From: an uncultured Candidatus Saccharibacteria bacterium
GTDB lineage: Bacteria > Patescibacteriota > Minisyncoccia > Portnoybacterales > UBA2143
Reading direction: 5' to 3'
Assembly: GCA_964556655.1 (NCBI GenBank)
Contig: CAZKWY010000001.1
Span: 7,528 to 71,527 of the forward strand
DNA length: 64,000 nt
A program made the translations under genes and the position numbers. The notes beneath the pieces are model-generated. The model had not been told where the DNA came from, did not search any database, and saw nothing but the letters and a program-made list of their open reading frames with translations. Positions 17,348 through 26,046 of the stretch are shown here, piece after piece; the first letter of the stretch is position 1, and each line of letters begins with the position of its first letter.

Positions 17348-18580
17348 ATGCCTAATTTTATCTATACCGCCAAAGACCAAACAGGAAGGGATATCGAAGG
17401 CCACAGCGAAGCCTCCAATATTCATGAATTGGCCAATATCCTCAGAAGAAAAAATCTTTCTCTTATCTCGGCTGATATAGCCGGAGAAGAAAGTGGCGGA
17501 TTACTGAAAAAAATCAAAATAATCTTTACCAAAACAGGCTTTGGCAAAGTTTCTTTGGTAGATAAAATGGTTTTTACTAGGCATCTTTCCGTTATGATTG
17601 AAGCTGGCCTATCTCTCAATCAATCCCTTCAAGCTCTTTCTAAACAAACTAAAAACCCGAAATTTAAAAGAATATTAAAAGACGTTGAGCAGAAAATTAA
17701 AAAGGGAGTTTCATTTAGCAACGCTTTAGGCCGGTATCCAAAAACGTTTCCTGATCTTTATGTTAATATGGTGCGGGTAGGAGAGTCTAGCGGCAATCTA
17801 GAAGAGGTGCTTAAAAAACTAGCCGAACAGATGAAGAAAAACCACGAACTGGTTAGCCGCGTCCGAGGAGCTATGATTTATCCATCTGTTATTGTGGCTA
17901 CTATGATTGGAATAGGTGTTTTTATGATGATTATGGTAGTGCCAAAACTAAGCCAAGTCTTTGCGGAACTAAAAATAGAGCTGCCTTTAAGCACGAGGGC
18001 CATTATTGCTATCAGTGAATTTCTTAAAAATAATTATCTGCTATCTCTTATCGGCTTAGCCTGCTTGGCAATCCTTTTAAAGATAGCTTTAGGCAATAGC
18101 GCCGTCAAAAAGGTTCTACAAAAAGCCTATCTCCGCATGCCTGTTTTCGGCCCTCTAATCAAAAAAGTAAACTCCGCCCGTTTTGCCCATACTTTTAGCT
18201 CTCTCATTGAAAGCGGAGTACCTATTGTTGAATCCCTTAAAATTACCGGCGGGACCCTAGGCAACATCAACTTCAAAAATTCGCTTTTAAAATCAGCCGA
18301 AAAAGTACAGGAAGGAAAACCGCTAAGCAAGGCGCTGGCCCGGCACACTCGGCTCTATCCTCCTATGATTATCCAAATGATAAGCGTAGGAGAAGAGACC
18401 GGCCGTCTTTCTGACACCCTTAAAACGCTGGCTGACTTCTATCAAGAAGAAATCGACAATACTACTAAAAATCTTTCTTCCGTTATTGAGCCAATTATTA
18501 TGGTTGTTATAGGCGCTGCGGTGGCCTTTTTTGCTATTTCTATGATCCAGCCAATGTATTCAATGATGGGAGAAATGTAA
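17348..18580 (+). CDS. pilC: Type IV pilus platform protein PilC (GspF family)
   Basis: 410 aa with duplicated T2SS_F domains (VFTRHLSVMIEAGLSLNQSL; NFKNSLLKSAEKVQEGKPLSKAL) and three TM segments. Confidence 0.85.
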   Translation: MPNFIYTAKDQTGRDIEGHSEASNIHELANILRRKNLSLISADIAGEESGGLLKKIKIIFTKTGFGKVSLVDKMVFTRHLSVMIEAGLSLNQSLQALSKQTKNPKFKRILKDVEQKIKKGVSFSNALGRYPKTFPDLYVNMVRVGESSGNLEEVLKKLAEQMKKNHELVSRVRGAMIYPSVIVATMIGIGVFMMIMVVPKLSQVFAELKIELPLSTRAIIAISEFLKNNYLLSLIGLACLAILLKIALGNSAVKKVLQKAYLRMPVFGPLIKKVNSARFAHTFSSLIESGVPIVESLKITGGTLGNINFKNSLLKSAEKVQEGKPLSKALARHTRLYPPMIIQMISVGEETGRLSDTLKTLADFYQEEIDNTTKNLSSVIEPIIMVVIGAAVAFFAISMIQPMYSMMGEM

Positions 18581-18581
18581 A

Positions 18582-19439
18582 ATGATAATTAAAAAAGACC
18601 AAGGTTTTACTGCTATTGAAATTCTGATCGTTATTTCTATCCTGATTATTCTGCTGGCTATCACTATAGGAAGCTACTTATTTTTTGAGAGAAGAAGCGA
18701 GCTTGATGATGCTACCCACCGTATTCTTGAAATTATCCGCTCGGCCCAAAATAAAACTCTTGCTTCAAAAGATGACACCCAATACGGAGTCTATTTTCAA
18801 AATGACCGCATAACCATTTTTAAAGGAGATTCTTATTCGGCTACTTCTACCGACAATGAAATATTTACCCTTCCAGACCGCTTAGAAATATACGATACCA
18901 GCCTGCGGGGCGGCGGCAATGAGCTAGTTTTTGAAAAGTTAAGCGGCCGCACCGAACAATATGGCAGCACAACTATTAGGATGATTGATCAGCCCTCTCA
19001 AGCAACCACTATTTTTATTGCTTCTTCCGGCCAGCTTAATACCAGCCAGCCTAGCGCTTGTTGCCAGAGCAATAGAATCACTGACACTAGACATCTTCAT
19101 TTTGATCTTGGCTGGAGCATCCAAAATTCTGCTACTACAACGCTTATTTTTTCCGACTCTCCGACAATAACTGAAACCATTAATATGGCTGACTATTTCG
19201 ATCCGACCAAGACAGAGTTTGACTGGAAGAAAACAATAGATGTCAATGGAGAAAATCAAACTTTGCGCATCCATACGCATTCTTTAGACGCTTTTAACAC
19301 TATTTTATGCGTCCATCGAGACCGCATGAGAAACGATAAACCTGTTCAAATAGAAATTGACGGCAAAAGCATTGTTTCTTATGACGCCGATGGAGCTATT
19401 TCTGTAGAAGCCTATGGCGGAACAGTGGAAAAACAATAA
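18582..19439 (+). CDS. Prepilin-type N-terminal cleavage/methylation domain protein (large pilin or pseudopilin)
   Basis: 285 aa. KDQG|FTAIEILIVISILIILLA is the class III signal, with G at -1, F at +1 and E at +5. Confidence 0.7.
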   Translation: MIIKKDQGFTAIEILIVISILIILLAITIGSYLFFERRSELDDATHRILEIIRSAQNKTLASKDDTQYGVYFQNDRITIFKGDSYSATSTDNEIFTLPDRLEIYDTSLRGGGNELVFEKLSGRTEQYGSTTIRMIDQPSQATTIFIASSGQLNTSQPSACCQSNRITDTRHLHFDLGWSIQNSATTTLIFSDSPTITETINMADYFDPTKTEFDWKKTIDVNGENQTLRIHTHSLDAFNTILCVHRDRMRNDKPVQIEIDGKSIVSYDADGAISVEAYGGTVEKQ

Positions 19440-19902
19440 ACAAAAAGGCATTGGCATGATAGAGGTAATGATTTCTCTAGCGATTATAGTCATCGTCTTT
19501 TTCTCTTTTATCCTGCTTATCAAAATTAATCTGCAAATCCAAAGAGAAAATCAAAACAGCCTGAAGGCCCTTAACCTTGCCACAGAGACAATGGAGGCAG
19601 TTAGAAGCTTTAAAGAAAATGACTGGAGCGCTTTTTCTTCACTGAGCACAGCTAGTCCCTATTATCCAGTTATCTCTGGAAACGAATGGACGCTTTCCGA
19701 GTCTGATCCGGGCGAAATTGACAGCTTCAGCCGATGGATTGAAATAGAAGAAGTTTACCGCGATGCTAACGACAATATCGCTGAAACAGGCAATCTTGAC
19801 AATAAAAGTCGCGAAATTAAAGCTTTTGTCCAATGGGAGGAACGGTCCAGAATAAAACAAATTACTCTTTCAAGCATTTTAACTAATTGGAAAAACCAAT
19901 AA
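19414..19902 (+). CDS. Minor pilin or pseudopilin with a prepilin-like N-terminus
   Basis: KQKG|IGMIEVMISLAIIVIVFF has G at -1, E at +5 and a hydrophobic helix. The start is ambiguous, and an alternative ATG lies at 19456. Confidence 0.5.
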   Translation: MAEQWKNNKQKGIGMIEVMISLAIIVIVFFSFILLIKINLQIQRENQNSLKALNLATETMEAVRSFKENDWSAFSSLSTASPYYPVISGNEWTLSESDPGEIDSFSRWIEIEEVYRDANDNIAETGNLDNKSREIKAFVQWEERSRIKQITLSSILTNWKNQ

Positions 19903-19906
19903 GCTT

Positions 19907-20440
19907 ATGCGCTTGCCCATCAAACAACAATCCGGCTTTACCCTGATTGAATTAGTTGTCTACGCGGCTGTTTTTATTCTTGTTATTATTCTGCTGACTT
20001 CCTTTGTTTTTGATTTGATTAAGGCGCAAAACAGGACTAGAATTAGCAAAGAACTGACTGAAAACAATAAAAGAGCGCTGGAAGCGATTGTTTACGAAAT
20101 AAAACACGCCCAAGAAATATATCTGCCTACCAGCAATTTGAGCGCAGACAAAGGACAATTAAGCCTAAAAACATCCCAAAACGCTCCTTCCGGGGAAGAA
20201 AATTCCTATATTGATATTTATTTAGACGACAACGACTGCTTATGTGTCAAAAGAGAAAGCAGCCAACCGGAAAGAATGATGTCTGAAGACATTAAAACAT
20301 CTCGTCTTTTTTTTAGCAGCTTAGGCACCAGCACTAGCCAAACCATTAGAATAAAACTAACCTCTTTTTACGATCATCCGCAGGCTAAATACCGCGCCAG
20401 CTCAACAATTATCACTTCAGCAGGATTAAGAAATGATTAA
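19907..20440 (+). CDS. Type IV pilin or pseudopilin
   Basis: 177 aa. KQQSG|FTLIELVVYAAVFILVIILL is a canonical prepilin signal. Confidence 0.75.
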   Translation: MRLPIKQQSGFTLIELVVYAAVFILVIILLTSFVFDLIKAQNRTRISKELTENNKRALEAIVYEIKHAQEIYLPTSNLSADKGQLSLKTSQNAPSGEENSYIDIYLDDNDCLCVKRESSQPERMMSEDIKTSRLFFSSLGTSTSQTIRIKLTSFYDHPQAKYRASSTIITSAGLRND

Positions 20441-21698
20441 ACACCAACAAAAAGGAGCCGCCCTTATTATAGGCATCATTATTATTATGTCTATTACTTT
20501 AATTATTGGCCTAAACCTAAGTTTTTTGGCTTTTAGCGCTATGGCTAATATGAAGAACAAAATTTATTCCGCCCAAAGCCTTTACGCCTCAGAAGCCGGC
20601 CTAGAAGACGCTCTCCTAAAATTATCTGACAGCTCTCTTTCTCTAACCAGCCCCTACAGCTTCTCCCTAGACAACCAAGCAGTGGAAGTTAATGTTTCAG
20701 AGTTAGTTGGCGGAGCAAGAACTATCACCTCTCTGGGAAACGCTGAAGAAAGAATCAAAAAATTAGCCGTCACTTATATGATTAAATCGGACGATGTCTC
20801 TTTTCACTACGGTGTTCAGATAGGAAAAGGAGGTATGATTATGGGCAACAACAGTCTAGTGGAAGGCAATGTTTTCTCCAACGGCAGCATTGTTCCGGCC
20901 GGAGGAGGCAACGGAGAGATTGACGGCACAGCTATTGTCGCCATTGACAACAACGTTCTTGATAGTATTGATGTGACCAACGGAGACGCTTACACCTACT
21001 CCTGCAAGGACTCCAATATTTCAGATACTCTTTATTATGTTTCCGGCGGTACTGTTGATAATTGCTCTTACGGCAGTTTGGTTATGCTAAATGAAGAGAT
21101 AGCCAGCGAGCCCCTGCCTATTTCCAATAACGATATTCAAGAATGGAAAACCGAAGCCGAAGCAGGCGGGACTATTACCGGAGACCATACTTACGATTCT
21201 CAAAACGCCTCTTTGGGGCCGGTAAAGATCACAGGCAACTTAACAATCACTAATAATTCTATCGTAAATATTACTGGCACCATCTATGTGCAAAAAGACC
21301 TAATTATTGACAACAACGCCATTGCAAAACTTGATTCAGAATATGGCTCTTTAAGCGGCATGGTTATCGCTGACGGGAAAATCTCTTTTAGAAACAACGG
21401 CATTGCTGCCGGATCAGGAGAAGAAGGAAGTTTTATTATGCTTCTTTCTACCAATGCTTCTCTTAACGCAAACAGCCCGGCCATAGATGTTACCAACAAC
21501 ACCGAAGGAGCTATTTTTTACACAAACACTGGTTTGATCCATCTGCATAATAATATTAATATTAAAGAAGCTACGGGCTACCAAGTTCAGCTAGACAACA
21601 ATGCTGAGGTTAATTACGAAACTGGCCTAGAAAACATCAGCTTTACTAGCGGGCCAGGAGGAAGCTGGGAAGCAGTTAATTGGCGAGAAATAAAATAA
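20433..21698 (+). CDS. PilX-N-like minor pilin with a repeat-rich (beta-helix-like) body, possibly tip or adhesin
   Basis: 421 aa. The N-terminus KGAALIIGIIIIMSITLIIGL resembles the PilX N-terminal domain. The body is N/T/G-rich with repeated motifs (NNSIVNITGTIYVQKDLIIDNNAIAKLD). Confidence 0.5.
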   Translation: MIKHQQKGAALIIGIIIIMSITLIIGLNLSFLAFSAMANMKNKIYSAQSLYASEAGLEDALLKLSDSSLSLTSPYSFSLDNQAVEVNVSELVGGARTITSLGNAEERIKKLAVTYMIKSDDVSFHYGVQIGKGGMIMGNNSLVEGNVFSNGSIVPAGGGNGEIDGTAIVAIDNNVLDSIDVTNGDAYTYSCKDSNISDTLYYVSGGTVDNCSYGSLVMLNEEIASEPLPISNNDIQEWKTEAEAGGTITGDHTYDSQNASLGPVKITGNLTITNNSIVNITGTIYVQKDLIIDNNAIAKLDSEYGSLSGMVIADGKISFRNNGIAAGSGEEGSFIMLLSTNASLNANSPAIDVTNNTEGAIFYTNTGLIHLHNNINIKEATGYQVQLDNNAEVNYETGLENISFTSGPGGSWEAVNWREIK

Positions 21699-23579
21699 AT
21701 GAACGTTTTATCTTCTCTCAACAGTAAACAAAAACAAGCAGTCACGGCTCTCAAAGGGCCTGTTTTGGTTATTGCCGGACCCGGAAGCGGGAAAACCAGA
21801 TGTCTAACCCATCGCATTGCCTATCTCGTTACTAAAAAGAAAATCCCCGCTTTTAATATTTTGGCCGTCACCTTTACTAACAAAGCAGCCCAGGAAATGA
21901 AGGAAAGATTAGCTAAAATTCTTCCACCTTCTTTTCAGAGAATGCCTGATATCGGAACTTTTCACGCTATTTGCCTGCGGATTCTTAGGCAGGATATTGA
22001 CAAACTCCCCCAAACCTCTTTAGGCAGAAATTTTGTCATTTACGACGAAGCTGACCGATTATCCTTAATCAAAAAAATTATTAACGACTTAGCTGTTAAC
22101 ACCGACCAATTCAAGCCTTCTACTCTGCAAAACACTATTTCTAGAGCAAAAGACGAATTAATTGACCCCGGATCATACCAGGAACAAGCTAAAGAATATT
22201 TTCCTAAAACAGTCGCCCAAGTTTATCAAGCCTATCAAGAGGCTCTAGCTCAAGCCAATGCCCTTGATTTTGACGATCTTATTATGCTAACCGTTAAGCT
22301 TTTCCAAACACGGCCCGATGTCTTAAAAAAATATCAAAACAGATGGCGCTATTTTTTGGTAGATGAAGCCCACGATACCAATTTAAGCCAATACAAACTG
22401 ACCAACCTTTTGGCGCGAAAGCGCCAAAACTTGTGGCTGATTGCTGATCCAGACCAGTCTATCTATATGTGGCGAGGCGCCGACTTTAGAAATATTCTTA
22501 ATTTTGAAAAAGATTATCCTAAGGCTCGCGTTATCCTTTTAGAAGAGAACTACCGCTCTACTAAAAATATCTTGGAGGCTGGCCATTGCGTTATTAATAA
22601 AAACACCCAACGCCGAGAAAAAAATCTTTGGACAAAAAATGGACAAGGCGCGCCCATTAATTTAATTCTAGCGTCAAACGAAAGAGCGGAAGGCGATTTT
22701 ATTGTCAACGAAATTGAGGGATTAATTAACGAAAAAGGATATACTCTAAAAGACTTTACCGTTCTTTACCGCACCAATGCCCAATCCAGAGCCATTGAAG
22801 AAGCCTTCCTGCAAGCCGGCTTCCCCTATAGAATTATTGGCACAGTCAAATTCTACGAAAGAAAAGAAATTAAAGATATTTTATGCTACCTCCGACTAAC
22901 AGCCAACCCTCAAGACCTCGTCAGTCTGCAAAGAGTAGTCAATCTCCCCCCGCGCCGCCTTGCTAGATACAGCAAAGATCCGTCTTTGGTCTTAAGAAAA
23001 AACGACAAAGCCCTAGAGAGTTTCAATCAGATAATGAACTCTTTTAGAATTTTCAGCCGGCAAAATTCCTTAACTGCTCTTATTAAAAAAATAATTGAAG
23101 AAATCGGCTATGAGAAATACATTAAATCCTTTGCCTCTGACGCAGAAGAAGGGGAGAGAAGATGGGAGAATGTAGAAGAAATTTTTACCGTGGCTAGCCG
23201 CTATGACAAAGAAGATCCAGGCACAGGATTAGAAAAATTCCTTGAAGAAATCAGTCTTTTGACAGGCCAAGACGAGATTGAAACCAACAGCGAAGTTATT
23301 AACTTAATGACTCTTCACTGCGCTAAAGGATTAGAATTTCCTGTTGTCTTTATCGCCGGATGCGAGGAAAGCATCCTGCCTCATTCCAGAAGCCAGCTTC
23401 ACCGGGACCAGATGGAAGAAGAAAGACGCCTATGCTATGTCGGCATTACCCGGGCTAAAGAAATTAGCTATCTTACTTTCACTAATCAACGCCGCCTGTG
23501 GGGACAAACAATGGCTAATTATCCTTCCCGCTTCCTTTCCGACTTGCCCGAACACCTCATCGCCTTCCGCCAATTCTAG
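21699..23579 (+). CDS. UvrD/PcrA/Rep-family ATP-dependent DNA helicase
   Basis: 626 aa. Motif I AGPGSGKT, Ia TFTNKAAQEM, II FLVDEAHDTN, III DPDQSIYMWRGAD, V LEENYRST, and VI TLHCAKGLEFPVVFI are all present. Confidence 0.85.
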   Translation: MNVLSSLNSKQKQAVTALKGPVLVIAGPGSGKTRCLTHRIAYLVTKKKIPAFNILAVTFTNKAAQEMKERLAKILPPSFQRMPDIGTFHAICLRILRQDIDKLPQTSLGRNFVIYDEADRLSLIKKIINDLAVNTDQFKPSTLQNTISRAKDELIDPGSYQEQAKEYFPKTVAQVYQAYQEALAQANALDFDDLIMLTVKLFQTRPDVLKKYQNRWRYFLVDEAHDTNLSQYKLTNLLARKRQNLWLIADPDQSIYMWRGADFRNILNFEKDYPKARVILLEENYRSTKNILEAGHCVINKNTQRREKNLWTKNGQGAPINLILASNERAEGDFIVNEIEGLINEKGYTLKDFTVLYRTNAQSRAIEEAFLQAGFPYRIIGTVKFYERKEIKDILCYLRLTANPQDLVSLQRVVNLPPRRLARYSKDPSLVLRKNDKALESFNQIMNSFRIFSRQNSLTALIKKIIEEIGYEKYIKSFASDAEEGERRWENVEEIFTVASRYDKEDPGTGLEKFLEEISLLTGQDEIETNSEVINLMTLHCAKGLEFPVVFIAGCEESILPHSRSQLHRDQMEEERRLCYVGITRAKEISYLTFTNQRRLWGQTMANYPSRFLSDLPEHLIAFRQF

Positions 23580-23647
23580 GACTGTAATTCTAGGACAGTC
23601 CTTTTTTGACAGTCCTTCAAGGACTGTAATTCTAGGACAGTCCTTGG
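23578..23647. repeat. Palindromic repeat element, copy C (about 1.7 units, inverted relative to copy B)
   Basis: AGGACTGTAATTCTAGGACAGTCCTTTTTTGACAGTCCTTCA plus a partial second unit. It begins at the helicase stop codon and ends 3 nt before the rsmA ATG. Confidence 0.8.
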
Positions 23648-23649
23648 CT

Positions 23650-24519
23650 ATGAACCTTACTTCGCCCAAAATATTAAGGGAAACATTTAAAAAACACGAC
23701 TTTAAACCCCAAAAAAGACTGGGGCAAAATTTTTTAATTGACCAAAATATTGTTAATAAAATTGTCAAAATAGCTCAAATAAGTAAGAAAGACACTATTT
23801 TAGAAATCGGTCCCGGCACAGGCGCTATTACTAAAGCACTAGCGCAAAAGAGCAAAAAAGTAATTGCCGTAGAAAAAGACCCTCAACTATCAAAGATCCT
23901 AAAAGAAAACCTTTCTTCTTTTAAAAACACATCCATTATTACCTCCGACATCCGCAGGACTGTAATTCTAGGACAGTCCTTTTTTGACAGTCCTTCAAGG
24001 ACTGTAATTCTAGGACAGTCCTTGAAGGACTGTCCTTGGAAGGTGGTGGCTAATTTGCCTTATTATCTTAGCCAGCATGTTATTAGAAAGCTTTTAGAAT
24101 TAGAAAATCAGCCGGAAAAAATAGTTCTTCTAGTTCAAAAAGAACTTGCCCAAAGGATTTGCGCCAAGCCCCCGCGAATGAACATTCTAGCTGTTTCAGT
24201 CCAGTTTTACAGCCAGCCCGAAATTAAAGGATATGTTTCCAAAACTTGTTTTTGGCCTCAGCCAAAAGTAGATTCTGCCATTATTGAAATAAATCCCCTT
24301 GAAAAAACACAAGAGATATCCTCGGAGAGATTTTTTAAAACAGTTAAGGCCGGATTTTTTGCCCCCCGCAAACAGCTAGCCAATAATTTAACCAGTCAAC
24401 TAAAAAAAGGAAGGGAAGGAATAATAAAAGCGATCAAAAAGACGGGGATAGAAGAAAAGGCCAGAGCAGAAAACTTAACCATTAAAGAATGGATTAATTT
24501 AAGCCGTTTATTAACATAA
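23650..24519 (+). CDS. rsmA: 16S rRNA (adenine1518/1519-N6)-dimethyltransferase RsmA/KsgA, carrying an in-frame 28-codon repeat-element insertion
   Basis: The SAM motif ILEIGPGTGAITKAL and motif IV VVANLPYYLS are present. The insert [30 protein letters not shown] (nt 23956-24039) is encoded by the palindromic element and sits just before motif IV. The track's longer ORF (from 23344) overlaps the helicase in another frame. Confidence 0.8.
   Translation: MNLTSPKILRETFKKHDFKPQKRLGQNFLIDQNIVNKIVKIAQISKKDTILEIGPGTGAITKALAQKSKKVIAVEKDPQLSKILKENLSSFKNTSIITSDIRRTVILGQSFFDSPSRTVILGQSLKDCPWKVVANLPYYLSQHVIRKLLELENQPEKIVLLVQKELAQRICAKPPRMNILAVSVQFYSQPEIKGYVSKTCFWPQPKVDSAIIEINPLEKTQEISSERFFKTVKAGFFAPRKQLANNLTSQLKKGREGIIKAIKKTGIEEKARAENLTIKEWINLSRLLT
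23956..24039. repeat. Palindromic repeat element, copy D (84 bp), inside the rsmA coding sequence
   Basis: It is near-identical to copy C plus a GAAGGACTGTCCTTGG extension. The length is a multiple of 3 and the reading frame is preserved across it. Confidence 0.8.
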
Positions 24520-24545
24520 AAAAACCGACCGCTAGGCGGTCGGTG
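24518..24545 (-). terminator. Terminator for the minus-strand lipoprotein gene (hairpin shared with the rsmA 3' end)
   Basis: CCGACCGC-TAG-GCGGTCGG with a U-run on the minus strand (an A-run on plus). Confidence 0.5.
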
Positions 24546-24554
24546 GGTGAAGGG

Positions 24555-25064
24555 TTATCTTAATTTTCGGTAGCTTCTGATGTGCCAGAAGCCTTCCTCC
24601 CCTCTTCTGACTCGGATACGCCTACTGGCTGTCCCGAGCAACTCAGAACCGCTATAGACTCTGACCATAATGAGTGTCTCCTCTCTTCTTCGCGCTCCCC
24701 ATCCCCTAGGAACATCTTTCACAAGTATCCCGCCGGGATTAAGGGAATGCCAAGCCGCGTCATCCTGGATGTAAACTAGAACTTTGCGGCTAAGGCCATT
24801 AAAAATTTTGAACCGCCAGTTGAAAAATCCAGGCGGCTCGGACGGATCTACGTAGGCTTTCTCCTCCCCGCTTTTGGAAAGATGATCCACGACCGACCCG
24901 ACTCCAGCGCCAGTTAACCCGCCTACGAGAGCGCCTCTTTCATCTCCCGTATGAAGGCCAATACCAGCGCCCAGAAGGGCGCCTGTCGCTGCCCACTGAT
25001 GAGTGCATCCAAAAGAAAGCGCCATGACTATTGCCATTGCCATTGTTGCCCTAATTCTTTTCAT
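24555..25064 (-). CDS. Glycine-zipper lipoprotein
   Basis: 169 aa. The signal peptide has a lipobox (MAMAIVMALSFGC). The glycine-zipper TM-like motif is GALLGAGIGLHTGDERGALVGGLTGAGVGSVV. GC content is visibly higher than in neighbouring genes. Confidence 0.5.
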   Translation of the reverse strand: MKRIRATMAMAIVMALSFGCTHQWAATGALLGAGIGLHTGDERGALVGGLTGAGVGSVVDHLSKSGEEKAYVDPSEPPGFFNWRFKIFNGLSRKVLVYIQDDAAWHSLNPGGILVKDVPRGWGARRREETLIMVRVYSGSELLGTASRRIRVRRGEEGFWHIRSYRKLR

Positions 25065-25239
25065 TTTCTCCTCCTTTGTAAAGAACTAAAATATTTTCTA
25101 AATTATACCACTTAAAATTATATATTGTCAATAGAAGAAGAACGAAAGGAGAAAGCTAATTTCACCGAATTAAAAAGGCTATTAGTTGTGGATAGGATTT
25201 TGTTGTTTTTGGCTACACTGTGGTATAATAAGCTAACAA

Positions 25240-26046
25240 ATGATGAAAAAAAAGCAATCTTCTATTAAAAAGAAAATTTTCGGAGGCTTTTTTATCTTTT
25301 CAGCGGCAATGGTAGGATGGTTTTTAATCAAAGACGATCCCGCTAAAAATAGCCCTAAAAATAACGGACCAGAAAGATTCAGCGGAGAAAAGCAAAGCAT
25401 CCAAGATCTTCCCGGCGGAAAAGACTCTGACAATGATGGGCTTACCGACAGAGAAGAGAAGGCTTACGGCACGGATCCATATAATCCTGACTCCGACCAA
25501 GACGGATATTTAGACGGAGAAGAAATCGCCGCTGGATACGATCCGCTAGTTCCTTCTCCTGGGGATAAAATCACCAATTTGGAAAATTTCTTGGCTAAAA
25601 TTAATCCCAGCCTAGACATTCAGATGCCGGATGAAAAAGATCTTAATATTTCTCTAGAAACAGGGCCAGAAGCATTAGAAAAATATTTTCAAGAAGCGCA
25701 AACTCCGTCTGAATTAAAAAACCCTGATTTATATAAAGAAGCCTTTCTGGAAGCCAGGCTGGGCAAAAGCGAAAAGATTAACCAGATTATCGCTAATCTT
25801 AAACAAAGCCGCCAGCGCCTTCGACAGATAACCGTCCCCATAGAAGCGCTCCAAGTCCATAAGCTAACTTTAGCTTTAATGACTCCCTTAATCCAACTTT
25901 TTGAAGACCTTAAATCGGCCCAAGACAGCCCCCTTAAAACATTAGTCTCTATCAAGGGTTCTCAAGAATTAGTCCCTTATACCGTAGCCCTCCAAGCACA
26001 GACAAATAATTTGGCGAAAAAATACGACATTACTATTCCTCAATAA
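25240..26046 (+). CDS. Membrane-anchored protein with thrombospondin-type-3-like Ca-binding Asp repeats
   Basis: 268 aa. An N-terminal TM segment is followed by DSDNDGLTDREE and DPYNPDSDQDGYLDGEE repeats. A TGgTATAAT extended -10 lies upstream. Confidence 0.45.
   Translation: MMKKKQSSIKKKIFGGFFIFSAAMVGWFLIKDDPAKNSPKNNGPERFSGEKQSIQDLPGGKDSDNDGLTDREEKAYGTDPYNPDSDQDGYLDGEEIAAGYDPLVPSPGDKITNLENFLAKINPSLDIQMPDEKDLNISLETGPEALEKYFQEAQTPSELKNPDLYKEAFLEARLGKSEKINQIIANLKQSRQRLRQITVPIEALQVHKLTLALMTPLIQLFEDLKSAQDSPLKTLVSIKGSQELVPYTVALQAQTNNLAKKYDITIPQ

Noticed and set aside
23344-23649. N-terminal 102-codon extension of the rsmA ORF in the track
   Set aside because: It overlaps the UvrD-like helicase in a different frame and runs through the repeat element. 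A proper ATG at 23650 gives the conserved KsgA N-terminus.
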